Below, piece by piece: positions 23,600 to 35,070 of a stretch of DNA of 64,000 nucleotides (the stretch's first letter is position 1; every line of letters starts with the position of its first letter). Origin of the DNA: Leptogorgia sarmentosa. Its lineage: Eukaryota. The stretch spans positions 6,262,001 to 6,326,000 of the forward strand of contig OZ210885.1 in NCBI GenBank assembly GCA_964658305.1, written 5' to 3'. The position numbers were made by a program, and so were the translations under genes. The notes below the pieces were generated by a model. That model saw only the letters and a program-made list of their open reading frames with translations, had not been told where the DNA came from and ran no database searches.

Positions 23600-25665
23600 C
23601 AGATGACCAGTCGTACCTCGGGGGTATTGTGCATTGAATGCATAGTACGATGCCATTAAACAAATTACGGAATTCAAGATGGTGATCTTTTTAAATTTGG
23701 CGACAACCATTCCCTCTGCAAACAGCAGCAATGTATGGAGGTCACCAATTGTTCCAGTTGACAGGAGTCTTGGTGATGTGCAGTCTGCCACCCTTTTGTT
23801 CACTTCACCCACTGTGTCATCCTGTGAATTGTAAACAAAATCAGAAATTTAAATATCAATCAGGCATTTGCCTTTACATGGCTCACATTCTCATTCTATT
23901 TAGAAACATTAAACTTACATCAAGAATCTCCCGAAAAAGCTCCCCAGTTTTACTTTGGTGGGTGTGCCTGTCTCCAAGTGCTAATGGAAGGGACGTCATA
24001 ATGCATCTGTCTTCCATCTCTAAAATTGCAAAATATAATATATTTCATTTTGGTGAACCAAAATAACTTCATTTAACTGATTGGTCACAATTCCATTCTC
24101 CATTTTTTAAAGTTTTCTACTCAGGCACATACCCCTTTCATCTTCTGCTGTGGAATCGTGAATGCTAGCAAGAATGCCATGGATTTCCCTGTTTTGGGAT
24201 TTTTTCTGGGCCGACAGGATCTTTTGTTTGTTGAGGTTCCATCATCCTTGCATGTCCTTAACAATTTCTTCTTTCTCCAAAATGCTTCCCAATTCTGTTT
24301 TCAACTAAAAATATGACAAATTTTTAAATGATCAATATTGTTTACCTGAGTGGCTTTAAGACATAACAGAAATACATATTCACTGTACTGTTGATACTGA
24401 GACACAAATTACTGAAAAGCCTAACCTCAATTCCTTTAGCACCCCCCAAGAAAGAGTAATCATGCAGAATCTTGCAAACTCGTGTGTTATGTTCCAACAC
24501 ATCTCGTCTTTGTTTTCCAAAAGTGTTGTCCATCAACACTTTAACTTTTTGGAGGTCTTGGGAACCATGGTTGCACGACTGAACCAATTGCTTCCTTTGC
24601 TCCTCCAATGTCTCGTCAGTCTCTCCATCAGGAAATGGAGGCAATACATCAACAACAGCAACCTTTATTTTGTTACGACCAGGTTTTCCTTTCTGAATGA
24701 CAATGCCTTCCTCCAAAAACTTTCTTTTCTCATTCCGTGCAGATAGCCTCCTTAGGTTGAGCACTCTTTCTTGAATTTTTTTCGCCCAAAATTGCTGCAA
24801 GATAAGTTTATTTTACACAGTTAGCAAAACATTGGTAACAAGAAACCAATCACTTTACTTTTAACAGTTTTACCTTAAACATATTTTTGATGACTGGAAT
24901 TTAATTGGGACTAGTTTAAACACAAATACATATATGATAAGTATCATTGTACATACATGTCCTGCTCCAAAGCTCCCGTTCAAAAATGGATACTTTTCCA
25001 CAAGTAACAAAGAAATGTGATTTCTTTCACAAGAGTCTGGTGAGGGAGTGTGTGCCAAAATTGATGACACAAGCTGTCTCACCAGAGCACTCTTTTCTGT
25101 TGGAGTTTTCACGTTGCTGATTGCAACAACACCTGCAAGAACTGCAAGACATGCCTGAAGTAAGTACCAGAGATAAAGTAGAATGCTTTATTACCGAACA
25201 ATGTGATGTCACAATGCAATTCAGAGATAACCATGCTGATGTTCCCCCAGCTGCCCATCAACATGCTCCCGCACCTGGTCTGGTAGATCCCCCGGATCCC
25301 CATACATTCACAGCCTATCCCCAACAATCCCAAAATACCCATCATGGACTACACCACAACAACCAGGGTGCCACTGCCTATTTATATTCTTGTATGAAGC
25401 ATCAATTTTTTGAGCCTTTTTCTGAAATTTACACAAAGTCGACCTTCAAAATATAAACAATACAAAGGTTCTAAACATTCCTTCTCAAGCGTGTTTGCAA
25501 GGATTTTGGCGGCAAATTCGGCTTCAGGCTTTACATTTCAGACGAAGCAACGCGATTCAGGACAGTTTATTAAATCTTTAGAAGAGAAGCTAGTGTTACG
25601 CTTCACTGTTAAAGATGATTCTACCGCATCTTCCAAATCTTCGTCTTCTGTGCAGGCCGCCATGT
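23600..25665 (-). pseudogene. Multi-exon SAMD3-like gene of the type carried by animal EnSpm/CACTA elements
   Basis: LVRQLV..LLVEKYPFL, LMDNTFGKQRRDV, LMASYYAFNAQYP; GT-AG exon boundaries. Confidence 0.6.
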
Positions 25666-26059
25666 TGAAAGTTATTCGAATCACAGCGGGGGGTCCATGC
25701 ATCACACATGTTTCAGGTCGTCAGCTGGCGTTTCACCGCCCTATCTTATAACCGCCCTGCTATATCAAAAAATGGCGGGTTTCTGAAACACGAGGCGAGA
25801 TATAGTGAAAGGAGATATAGGAGAAAAGATTTCTTCTCAGCATGCCATGGAAAAGTTTAACAGCCACCAAATTTTACTAAACATTCTCCGAAATGTGCGG
25901 TATCTAGGTATGGAATATTATCTTCTGCTATATTAACATGATGCATTGTTATCCTGGCATACCCATGTATGCCCTTTAAACCTTCTTTGAAAACCTTTAA
26001 ATATAAACCTTTATTATCAAATTGATTACTCAATAGGACGCCAATCTCAGCCTTCACGA

Positions 26060-26212
26060 GATAATTGGGACAAGGAAGAAAAATGTGAAGCTAACTCAAA
26101 TTATTACCAGCTAATCAAACTAAGATGTGATGAAGACCCATCAATAACAGCGTGGTTACAAAGGAATTCAAACAAGTATACATCTGTGGATATCCAAAAT
26201 GAAATACTTGAG
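26060..26212 (+). pseudogene. hAT (ZMYM1-like) transposase exon fragment
   Basis: NSNYYQLIKLRCDEDP..WLQ..KYTSVDIQNEILE|gt. Confidence 0.7.
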
Positions 26213-26279
26213 GTTTGTCATTCAATGAGGCTTATTATTAGATATAATATAATCAACTGCACATACACATGCTTCCACA

Positions 26280-27020
26280 GGGTTGGGATAAAACGCGGAA
26301 ACGGAATGACGGAAGCGGATTCCGTAACCAGATTCCGCAAATGAGGCAAAATTACACAATTCCATTACGTTGTCCATTGACGCTGTTGTCCTCGCTACAG
26401 CTGTCTAAGTGTTATCCCGACAAAAAGTTGATGTTGAATCGGCAATACTCAACCATGGGCCATATCGAGTAGCACCACAGTTTGCTCATATGGAGGTCTC
26501 ACAACAAGTATGGTTTTCGAAAAGCACCGCACAAAAGGAGTCTTGCGTAGCGAAATTTCATAACCCTAAAATGTCTGGCGATGGATTTCAAGCTGATGAC
26601 GCATCCCAACGACAGACAGCAGCCCAAATCGAAGCGCGAGTACAGCTGACAGTTGATCTGAAATCGCAAGGAATTACATCCATAAATCCGACAACTCTAC
26701 AGTACATAGCAGAGAAGGCGGAAAATATCTTGAATAATGATAACGCAATCGTACAGGCACCTGGATCAGCTGATGGTACTGCATTCCTGGTTGAAAGTAC
26801 CACGATGGTCCGTCCACATTATGTTACAAAGGCCAAGAATGGTAAAATAACATGTAACGATTGCCCAAATTGGAAGGCATACAAGTTATGTGCCCACTCG
26901 TTAGCTGTCGGTGAGAAAACAAGAACAACGTTGGACTACCTTCAATGGTTCAAGAAAAACAGTTCCAGTCGGGTAAATTTAACCAATCTTATTACTTGTG
27001 ACAGTGAACAGGTGGGAAAA
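26280..27020 (+). mobile_element. MULE-like element fragment with SWIM zinc finger
   Basis: CNDCPNWKAYKLCAH in ORF 26409-27158; terminus with cggaa repeats. Confidence 0.55.
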
Positions 27021-28637
27021 TTGACTGAGCCCGAGATGTGCGTGTATTTTGCGGGAAGACGAAATGTACATTTCACGAACAATCAAAACAAATCTTGTGT
27101 CGATTCTGAATGGCATACTTCTACCTACTGTTTACAGTCACAAGTTAATCTGCAATAATTAGAATTTTCTGTGAAATGTTCGTATCGTAACGAGGATGAC
27201 AATATTTATGTCATAAAGGTTTAAATATCAGCGACAGAGCACAAATCACGGCGGAGCAAAATAACTTGTGTGAGGCGTGAGATTTCACTTCTACCGAAGG
27301 CTAAAATACAAACCCGGGCCTGTTCAAGGCCCTATTTTGACGCTTACAAGTAAAGTATCGCATGAAAATACATGAAGTGGAGAGTATTTTTGGAATGTTT
27401 CATCGTGAGGCCACTGCCAGTTTTTGAAATATCTTCATTTCATTGGCAGTTATCATTATAATTACACTGAAGCCTGACTTGAATAAACACAAAATTTTGA
27501 ATTTCATCAAATACAAAAATATTTCATTTCTAACCAAATTATGCTCACGAAATCTAAATTAAAAGCTATATTTTTAAACTAGACCTTTCTCGAAGCAGAT
27601 TTGATGATGTAAATTAACTTTTGGGTCTTTGATTCTTGACCAGAATTTGACCAATTTTGTTTCCAATTTAACCAGCAATGTTCCTTCAAACAAAGAAAGT
27701 TTAGAAACTATTGATGTTAGTCAGTGGGAACAACTGCATTAGGATGTTGGACAATGAGGTACGGTAGCTTGGAACATGATCACTGCCTATCCTATCCATA
27801 CAAAACAAAGAAGACATTTATATCCAGACTTTTATAGTTTTATATTGTTGATTATAAGTTCATGTTCAAAAGATTGTACATGTTTAGTACAAGAGTTTTG
27901 TTTGTTAGCTATATTTATATATAAAAATTTATATATACATACATATATACATACTGTAGTACCAAAAGGGATTCTTAGTAGGCCAGTATTTTTAACACAA
28001 CATAATAGAAGAAATATACAAACAAGATACAGCTTAATTCAATTAAGGTTCTTCTATTAAAGTCAAAACTCAGAACCACAAGTGCCCTATCATCAAGTTG
28101 AAATAGTTTGCATTCTGGGAGTATTTCATTGCTAATAAATTATATTTTGCTTTTGAAAATCCTTATCAGTACTCTTGTTGTTTTAGCTATTAATCAACTG
28201 TCACTGAGTTTCTGGGTTAAAAGTTATCAATTAACATGGAATATAAATACCAAGTATTCCTTTCCAGCTTGAAGCTCTTAGTTGTCTCCTTCACAGGACA
28301 AAGACAAACCTAATTGAATTAGCTGTATTGCTATAGTCAAAGCTGTCCTTACATGAAGGTTCATGAGCTTAAGTTTTCCTTGAGCATTTAGTAACAGTCA
28401 GGTAGGTTTTGTCTTATGTATTCAGTTAGGACTAAACGAATATACTCGCCTTCGTGAGTGTTTGGTGAGTATACTGGATCAGGTACATTTGGCGTGTTCT
28501 CTTCTTCATTTCTCGTCAAGTGGAAGCACCGCAATATGGCGAACGCTAAATTTTAAGCTCTACAAATTCTCAACTTTTTAACTTGATTTCAACGATTTTA
28601 AACTGGATTTTTAACGATTTTAACTGAATTTCATACA

Positions 28638-29933
28638 ATGGATAATACGTTGACAACATCTGCGAACAAGTTATTGCATGACGGTGAAAAATATCGATGG
28701 ACTGGTTCCCTCAATGAGTTAAAGGAATTTGTCAACAATAATCTACAAATTAAAGGGGATTGGACTTCACCTGGTGGTCATGTTAAACTATTTTCCTCTA
28801 AAAGCTCCGATTTCGCTATTAAATGGTATGGCCCACGGTCGCAGAAGCTTACAATTGAGGCTGATAGCAGTGAACACTATCTGGAGGCGAAATTTACGAA
28901 TTTGTCTGTTAGTAATCAAGTGAGCGAAGGCGAACCGCAAGTAAATAAAGATGATGCTTTTAAATCATCAGGGCCGTGTAGCTGTAGTTGTAAATGCTCT
29001 GGGGGAATCACTGCAGCGAGCCTGGAAGGTATGAAGTTAGATATAGCAATCTTGGAGTCACGTTTTGACTTGGCTCACCCGTGTGACAAGACAGTCTCAG
29101 AACTAAATACAATCCGAAGCAAGCAACGGGATTTTGAAGCCATTATTCGACAGCAAGACGAAATTATATGCAAACTCTATGAAGATAACATGTTTTTTAA
29201 ATCGAAATTGCAATCCTTTATAAACTTAATCCCTGTCGCACCTTATAACAATCAGGAAAACAATTCCGACGATAAAATTAGCTTTGTGAATAATGTTTGT
29301 AAATCACCCTCCACCATTAACAACCAATCCTATGAGAACAAAGACTGCGTACCAGGTGATTCAATAATCCTTTTAGATGAACCACAGTTGAGTGGTGTTG
29401 AGAACAAAGCCCTCAATCATGAAAATAACATCAGTGAGTCAGCTATGCATAACGAGTCAGTGCCTATCGTGACCAATCAGCCCAGGGTCCCAAACGCCGA
29501 TTTCGTAAATAACCGCAAACCAGTTGAAGCAATCAAACTAAACAAAACCAACTGTAAAATTAAACCAGTAATTGGTGCTATTAATAATAATGCCCCTAGA
29601 TTCATTACAGATCAGTACAATCAGGCGCCATTCAAACACCCAAAACATTTAACTCCGTGCCCATTTTTAAAGAAAAAAGGGTTCTGTAAAAAAGGACCCA
29701 TGTGCGATTTCCTACATCCAAAACGTCAACCTCATAATAACACGCAACGACCCTTCCACAACACAATGGCCCAAGCTTCGCCTTTACCTAGCTTTCGTTA
29801 TTCTCCTTTTCCTGTGAATCCTTATCGTTTCCCTCCCTTTCGGCTCCCAGTGTATCACCTCAGATCCCAACCTTCCCCATACCCCCCTCAATTGATGTCA
29901 GTACCAACGAGACCTCCAGCAATATTCCTGTGA
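28638..29933 (+). CDS. LINE ORF1 with coiled coil and CCCH zinc finger
   Basis: 431 aa open; CPFLKKKGFCKKGPMCDFLH = C-x8-C-x5-C-x3-H. Confidence 0.75.
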   Translation: MDNTLTTSANKLLHDGEKYRWTGSLNELKEFVNNNLQIKGDWTSPGGHVKLFSSKSSDFAIKWYGPRSQKLTIEADSSEHYLEAKFTNLSVSNQVSEGEPQVNKDDAFKSSGPCSCSCKCSGGITAASLEGMKLDIAILESRFDLAHPCDKTVSELNTIRSKQRDFEAIIRQQDEIICKLYEDNMFFKSKLQSFINLIPVAPYNNQENNSDDKISFVNNVCKSPSTINNQSYENKDCVPGDSIILLDEPQLSGVENKALNHENNISESAMHNESVPIVTNQPRVPNADFVNNRKPVEAIKLNKTNCKIKPVIGAINNNAPRFITDQYNQAPFKHPKHLTPCPFLKKKGFCKKGPMCDFLHPKRQPHNNTQRPFHNTMAQASPLPSFRYSPFPVNPYRFPPFRLPVYHLRSQPSPYPPQLMSVPTRPPAIFL

Positions 29934-31285
29934 TAATAAGTAATAGATGTCATATATCTGACGGTAGAGAAAACAATGCATTATACAATTGTGTGTCGAG
30001 TTACAGCTCCCCAAGCAATTTAAACTATTCAGCGGAACTATATAATCACGACATAAAATCTAGAAACCCGAATAACTTAATTCAAATTCCTTTGCAAAGA
30101 TCGGTCACTAGGCCGAACTTCCCATCAATTTTCTTCAGCAATGTCAGATCAATGGTCAACAAACTAGATGAACTTTTTGCAACTGTGTCCGCCAACTCTT
30201 TTGCAATTATTGTGATCACTGAGTCATGGCTGTCTTCGCTGATAGACGATAATCTTATCCGTATTCCTGGATACGTAATATATCGAAGAGACCGACCTAA
30301 CAATCAACGAGGCGGAGGTCTTTGTACTTACATAAACTCCCGACTTAATGTTATCGAACTACGAAACCTGGGCGAACCTGACATCGAAAGCCAGTGGTTT
30401 CTTATAAAAATGGATCGCTTACCAAGAGGAATAAACTCTATTATACTGGGAACAGTTTATCATCCCCCTCAGAGCGATGATTGCATTCTCCGTTCACATA
30501 TTTTCAATTGCCTCGACTCCCTCCTTGCTGTGTATCCGAATTCTGGGATTATACTCCTTGGGGACTTTAACCAGTTCCAACCAGGTAATTTGTGTGCCCT
30601 CTCAGAAGTTGTGAAAGTCGACAAATCTGACACGCTAACCTTACAACAAGAGGTAGACAGTGTAAACCAATGGTCAATTGCGAATAATGTTGAGATGAAG
30701 CTAAATGTTGAGAAAACTAAAGAATTCATTGTGTCCTTCCTAACTAACCAACCATCAATCCAGCCTCTGATGATCAACAACCAACATCTTGAGATGGTTC
30801 ACACTATAAAACTCCTGGGTGTTTACTTAACATCTGATCTTAAATGGACAAAACATGTTACTCATATTTGCTCGAAAGCAAGTAAGCGGTTGTATGCACT
30901 AAGGCTCCTTAAACGTAATGGCGTACAATCAAGAGATCTTCGAAGGGTTTTTTGCAGTTTTATTCGGCCTGTTCTTGAATACGCGTGCCCGGTATGGCAT
31001 TCTTCTCTACTGAATTCACTCAGCGACCAAATCGAACATATTCAAAAACATGCTCTGAAAATTATCCTACCACACCAGCCGTATCATGAGAGCCTGAATA
31101 CCTTGAAGCTGCCTACACTCACCGAAAGAAGAGAGTCGTTGTGCAAGCGTTTTTACAAGAAAATTTACTGTGACACTTCAAGTAAACTATTTGAGTTGTT
31201 GCCCGAACCAGACATGCTCGAAACATTCCACTTTTTAAATCACATACCAAAAGATTTAGTGATAGCTGTCTACCGTATTGCGTGA
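29930..31285 (+). CDS. LINE ORF2 remnant: APE endonuclease fused in frame to the post-RT C-terminal region
   Basis: NVRS, ITESWL, RRDR..RGGG, YHPP and GDFN are followed directly by LSEVV...KLLGV...IRPVLEYACPVW; RT motifs absent. Confidence 0.85.
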   Translation: MIISNRCHISDGRENNALYNCVSSYSSPSNLNYSAELYNHDIKSRNPNNLIQIPLQRSVTRPNFPSIFFSNVRSMVNKLDELFATVSANSFAIIVITESWLSSLIDDNLIRIPGYVIYRRDRPNNQRGGGLCTYINSRLNVIELRNLGEPDIESQWFLIKMDRLPRGINSIILGTVYHPPQSDDCILRSHIFNCLDSLLAVYPNSGIILLGDFNQFQPGNLCALSEVVKVDKSDTLTLQQEVDSVNQWSIANNVEMKLNVEKTKEFIVSFLTNQPSIQPLMINNQHLEMVHTIKLLGVYLTSDLKWTKHVTHICSKASKRLYALRLLKRNGVQSRDLRRVFCSFIRPVLEYACPVWHSSLLNSLSDQIEHIQKHALKIILPHQPYHESLNTLKLPTLTERRESLCKRFYKKIYCDTSSKLFELLPEPDMLETFHFLNHIPKDLVIAVYRIA

Positions 31286-33134
31286 GAAAGTGGGACACGT
31301 TCTAACTATTATAGTAACTAACTTTTCTATAGTCGTAAAGATTTAAGATAAGTATTTTAACGTAGTCTTAATTGTTAAAGTGTAACCTTTTTTAATTGTT
31401 GTAACATAGCCAGATCTGTTAGAAATGTAACTTGAGTTTTTCAGTTTGCCTGTGTAGACTGCCATTCAAGATTTTTTAATAAATTATTATTATTAGAATC
31501 TGTGCCTGTATGTCCTGTTCCTCTAGGCCATGTTTGTTATACTCACAATAGTTATGGAGTACAAAACAACTGTAGACTACTGTAGGGACATGCTCCAGTT
31601 TAATGTCCACATTTCGAGAAAGAAACCTCCAGCGAGCTTTAAGACGCCCTAAAGCACACTCAATTTGATTTCTTGCTGAGCGTAGCATGTTGTTGAAAAT
31701 CACTTGGTCGTTTGTTGAACAAGTTGAAATTCTTTCATGCAGAAAGGGGTCAGTGGGTATGCCGGATCGCCTATCAAGTAATTTGGAACAGCCTCAAAAC
31801 CTGGCAACAGACAATGAAAGGTTTTTGGCAATTTTCCTTCGTTCAGTTTTCTATTTAGATTAGAATTTGAAAAAACTTTTGCATCATGAACAGACCCAGG
31901 CCATTTACATTCAACATCCATAAAATATCCTTTGCTATCACAGACAGCCTGTACATTTAGAGAAAAAAATTGCTTGTAGTTAAAGTAGTCCTGTGAATTT
32001 TTTTGCGGCCTTTTAATCAGTACATGGGTTCCATCAATGCAGCCAAAAGCCTGTGTCATTCCAAACTTTAGTTCAAATTCCGAAACCGTTCTTCTCATTT
32101 CTTCAAGATCTTGTGGTAAACGTAGATACGTTGGCCCCAAGTGAGTGCTGATAGCTGTGCACACTTCCATAATGATCTTAGACACAGTGCACTGATGAAT
32201 CCCGAACGTGTTTGCAGTCATCCATAGCGTGCCTGTGTCTTTCAGATAGTAGAGTGTCAACCCTAATTTTTTTTCTGTACTCAGGTAACGATAATTAGGC
32301 GAGTTTGGGTTTGGTTCTATGAAAGGTCGCAACTCATTTGAATTTTTTTGACATTCGAAGATTCTTTTTCCAACAGCTATCTGGTACATTGGCTCCTATT
32401 AAGTTTTTCCACCATTGGTCAGTTCTGCCATTTATCACCCAAATTGATCTTTTCTTCCGATTAAGCAGACGAGCTCGAAGATGCTTCCTTTTTCGACGCA
32501 AATTACTTTTTCGCAGAGAGAAATATGCCGTTAAAATCATATTCCTTCTCATCTCTAGCATCTTGTACGCAAGGATAATCCCATAAAGTTGTAATATCAA
32601 TGAAAAAACAAACCCAAACTGCAAAAAAACGAAGGCTGCCATCGTACGAACCTGTATGTAGTTCGCCATGTTTTTTTCCAGTTTCATAATCAGAATTTCA
32701 CGCCATATTTCAACCCGGTGTCACGGTCTCAGAGCTCCCCCAGTCTGAGTACTCCCCTAGTAACTTGTGCGCATGTGCAGCGTGAGGGGATAACTGAGCA
32801 CGTGGTACAGCGGGCTCAGTTCTCCCCCAGTCTCAGCTCTCCCCTCGCGCTAAATTCGGACATCATAATAATGGCATTTACACTTTACATATCTAATTCC
32901 ATCGATAAAAAGCAATATTACCCCGAATGTTTTCATTATCAGGTAGGCTGCTAGCTCTATCAAAATGCCTCATATGATTTTATTGTAATTGGCAGTCAAT
33001 CTTCAGTATTGTTGAGTACAAAATATTGAAAAAGCACTCACTCACTGAAGCTAAAAAGTACACACTGAGACCAGCATAAGTATTGGTGTATAACTGTATA
33101 ATAAACGAAAAATAAAAAGCTATATTTAGTTACT

Positions 33135-33443
33135 ATATCATTTCATTCACAATATCAGTTTCACTTGTTTCATTCACAATGTCAGTTTCATTTGTTTCAT
33201 TCACAATGTCAGTTTCAGTTGTTTCATTCACAATGTCAGTTTCACTTGTTTCATTCACAATGTCAGTTTCACTTGTTTCATTCACAATGTCAGTTTCACT
33301 TGTTTCATTCACAATGTCAGTTTCACTTGTTTCATTCACAATGTCAGTTTCATTTGTTTCATTCACAATGTCAGTTTCACTTGTTTCATTCACAATGTCA
33401 GTTTCATTTGTTTCATTCACAATGTCAGTTTCACTTGTTTCAT
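33135..33443. repeat. 27-bp minisatellite
   Basis: (tttcattcacaatgtcagtttcacttg)n, about 11 copies. Confidence 0.95.
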
Positions 33444-33655
33444 ATATTGGCCAGTCTCAATCATCCCCTCATTCTAATATATTGGCCAGTCTCAATCATC
33501 CCCTCATTCTAATATTGGCCAGTCTCAACCATCCCCTCATTCTAATATTGGCCAGTCTCAACCATCCCCTCATTCTAATATTGGCCAGTCTCAATCATCC
33601 CCTCATTCTAATATATTGGTCACTCTCAGTCATCCCCTCATTCTAATATATTGGC
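33444..33655. repeat. 33-35-bp minisatellite
   Basis: (atattggccagtctcaatcatcccctcattcta)n, about 6 copies. Confidence 0.95.
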
Positions 33656-33761
33656 ATAATGTAATTGTCAATTTAAATACTTCTCATATACTGTATATTA
33701 CTTTCTAGATATTTACAAAATATTCACAGTTATGTAAATACACCTATGTTGCACTGTAAAG

Positions 33762-35070
33762 CTATATACAATTCCTACAGTAAAAAGACGTTTTACTAGT
33801 AACAGTTCTGGGAACTTTTTCACATGATCGATGGTACCATCCAGAACATTTTGAGCATTCAATCATGAATACACCACTGTACGGCATCCTGCAATGGCAG
33901 AATAAATCCTCAGTCTCTATCATACTGTTCTGGGTTCTGGGCCTGCATGTTGAAGGGAATGCAGTGATCTCACCACGCTGAAAACAGAGAGCTAAGTGTT
34001 CCCTCATGATGCTCTGATCATACCTTTGTTTGGAAGGGTCTTCTCCATTACAAAGAGTGATAGCAACTGCAACAGCAAAAAGGCCACAATCAGAGAAACC
34101 TCTTTGCTGTTGCATTGTTGGCCACTCAATAACCATGTTATTCCAGCTGGTGGTCAGCAATGATGCCAATGAACAGAATAGTTTTTGCTTGTCTTTCTGT
34201 GACAGCTTTGTGTAAAGTGAGTCGTAGATTTTAATTTTGTTGGTCTCACATCCAATGTTGGTGACTGTCACCCCGTGGTTGCCCCCGACATTGACCACTT
34301 GGACAAAATCCTTTACCCCACTCTCCACTTTTGGCTTTTTGCTTCCGAAGGCCAAGACAGACCACAATCCTTTTGAATTGGCAGCTTTTTGTGAAATCAA
34401 CCACTGTGCATGATCAATATGCTCGTCATTAAGCCAGAAATCTTGCTTTAGAAGTTCTGATGCTAGTTTTTCTGGGTTTGGATTGGCACATGCATGTAGA
34501 ACCCCCACCATCTTTTGATTTCTTTTTGTCATTTTCTTTTTGGCTGTCTCTCTCTTATCCTTGTTGGGTGGATGGCCGTGGTCACCATCTGTATGTGATA
34601 TACCAATTTTGTCTTGTGGTAGTAATGACTGGGCAGTGTGGTCATTGGGTACATGATCATTGCTTGGTTGGTGGATGTGTTCAGTGGTTGGGGAAGATTG
34701 GCTTCCATGGGAATCATTTGATTGGTCAGCATCAAGTGGCATACCATGCTTGTCACTTTGTAGGGAGGATTGTTGGTGGTCGTTATTGGGAGAAATGGTG
34801 GGCTTGTCACTTGGTGTGTCATCCTTGGTTGGTGTGGAGGTAAATGCAACATCAGGTGGAACTGGAAGGGATTCAACACTATCATCATTTCGTATCTCAT
34901 TGTCTGGTGAACAGGTTTGGTTACTGTTTGATGGTAGGCCCGCATCACCATGCAGCTCACTTGACATATAAGGCCTCAGTTGATTGTATGGGACTTTGTT
35001 TTTCAAAGGCACAGCATTATCACTGGGTGGTGAAATTGTCACTCTTTGCATGTTGTCAATTTCTACAACT
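33762..35070 (-). CDS. Ginger1 terminal exon: Ulp1/C48 protease plus PHD finger
   Basis: WLNDEHID, NH(G)VTV, IYDSL, QQRGFSDCGLFA; CHCR..MIECSKCSGWYHRSC..FYCRNC. Confidence 0.85.

Larger units (their letters stand above)
28442..31495 (+). mobile_element. CR1/L2-group LINE with both ends present and RT deleted
   Basis: 5' UTR, ORF1, ORF2, then aataaa plus (ATT)n tail; GAAT on both flanks. Confidence 0.85.

Noticed and set aside
33133..33646. NETSETDIV and related repeat ORFs
   Set aside because: Produced by 27-bp and 33-bp minisatellites in the Ginger1 3' region; open in several frames.
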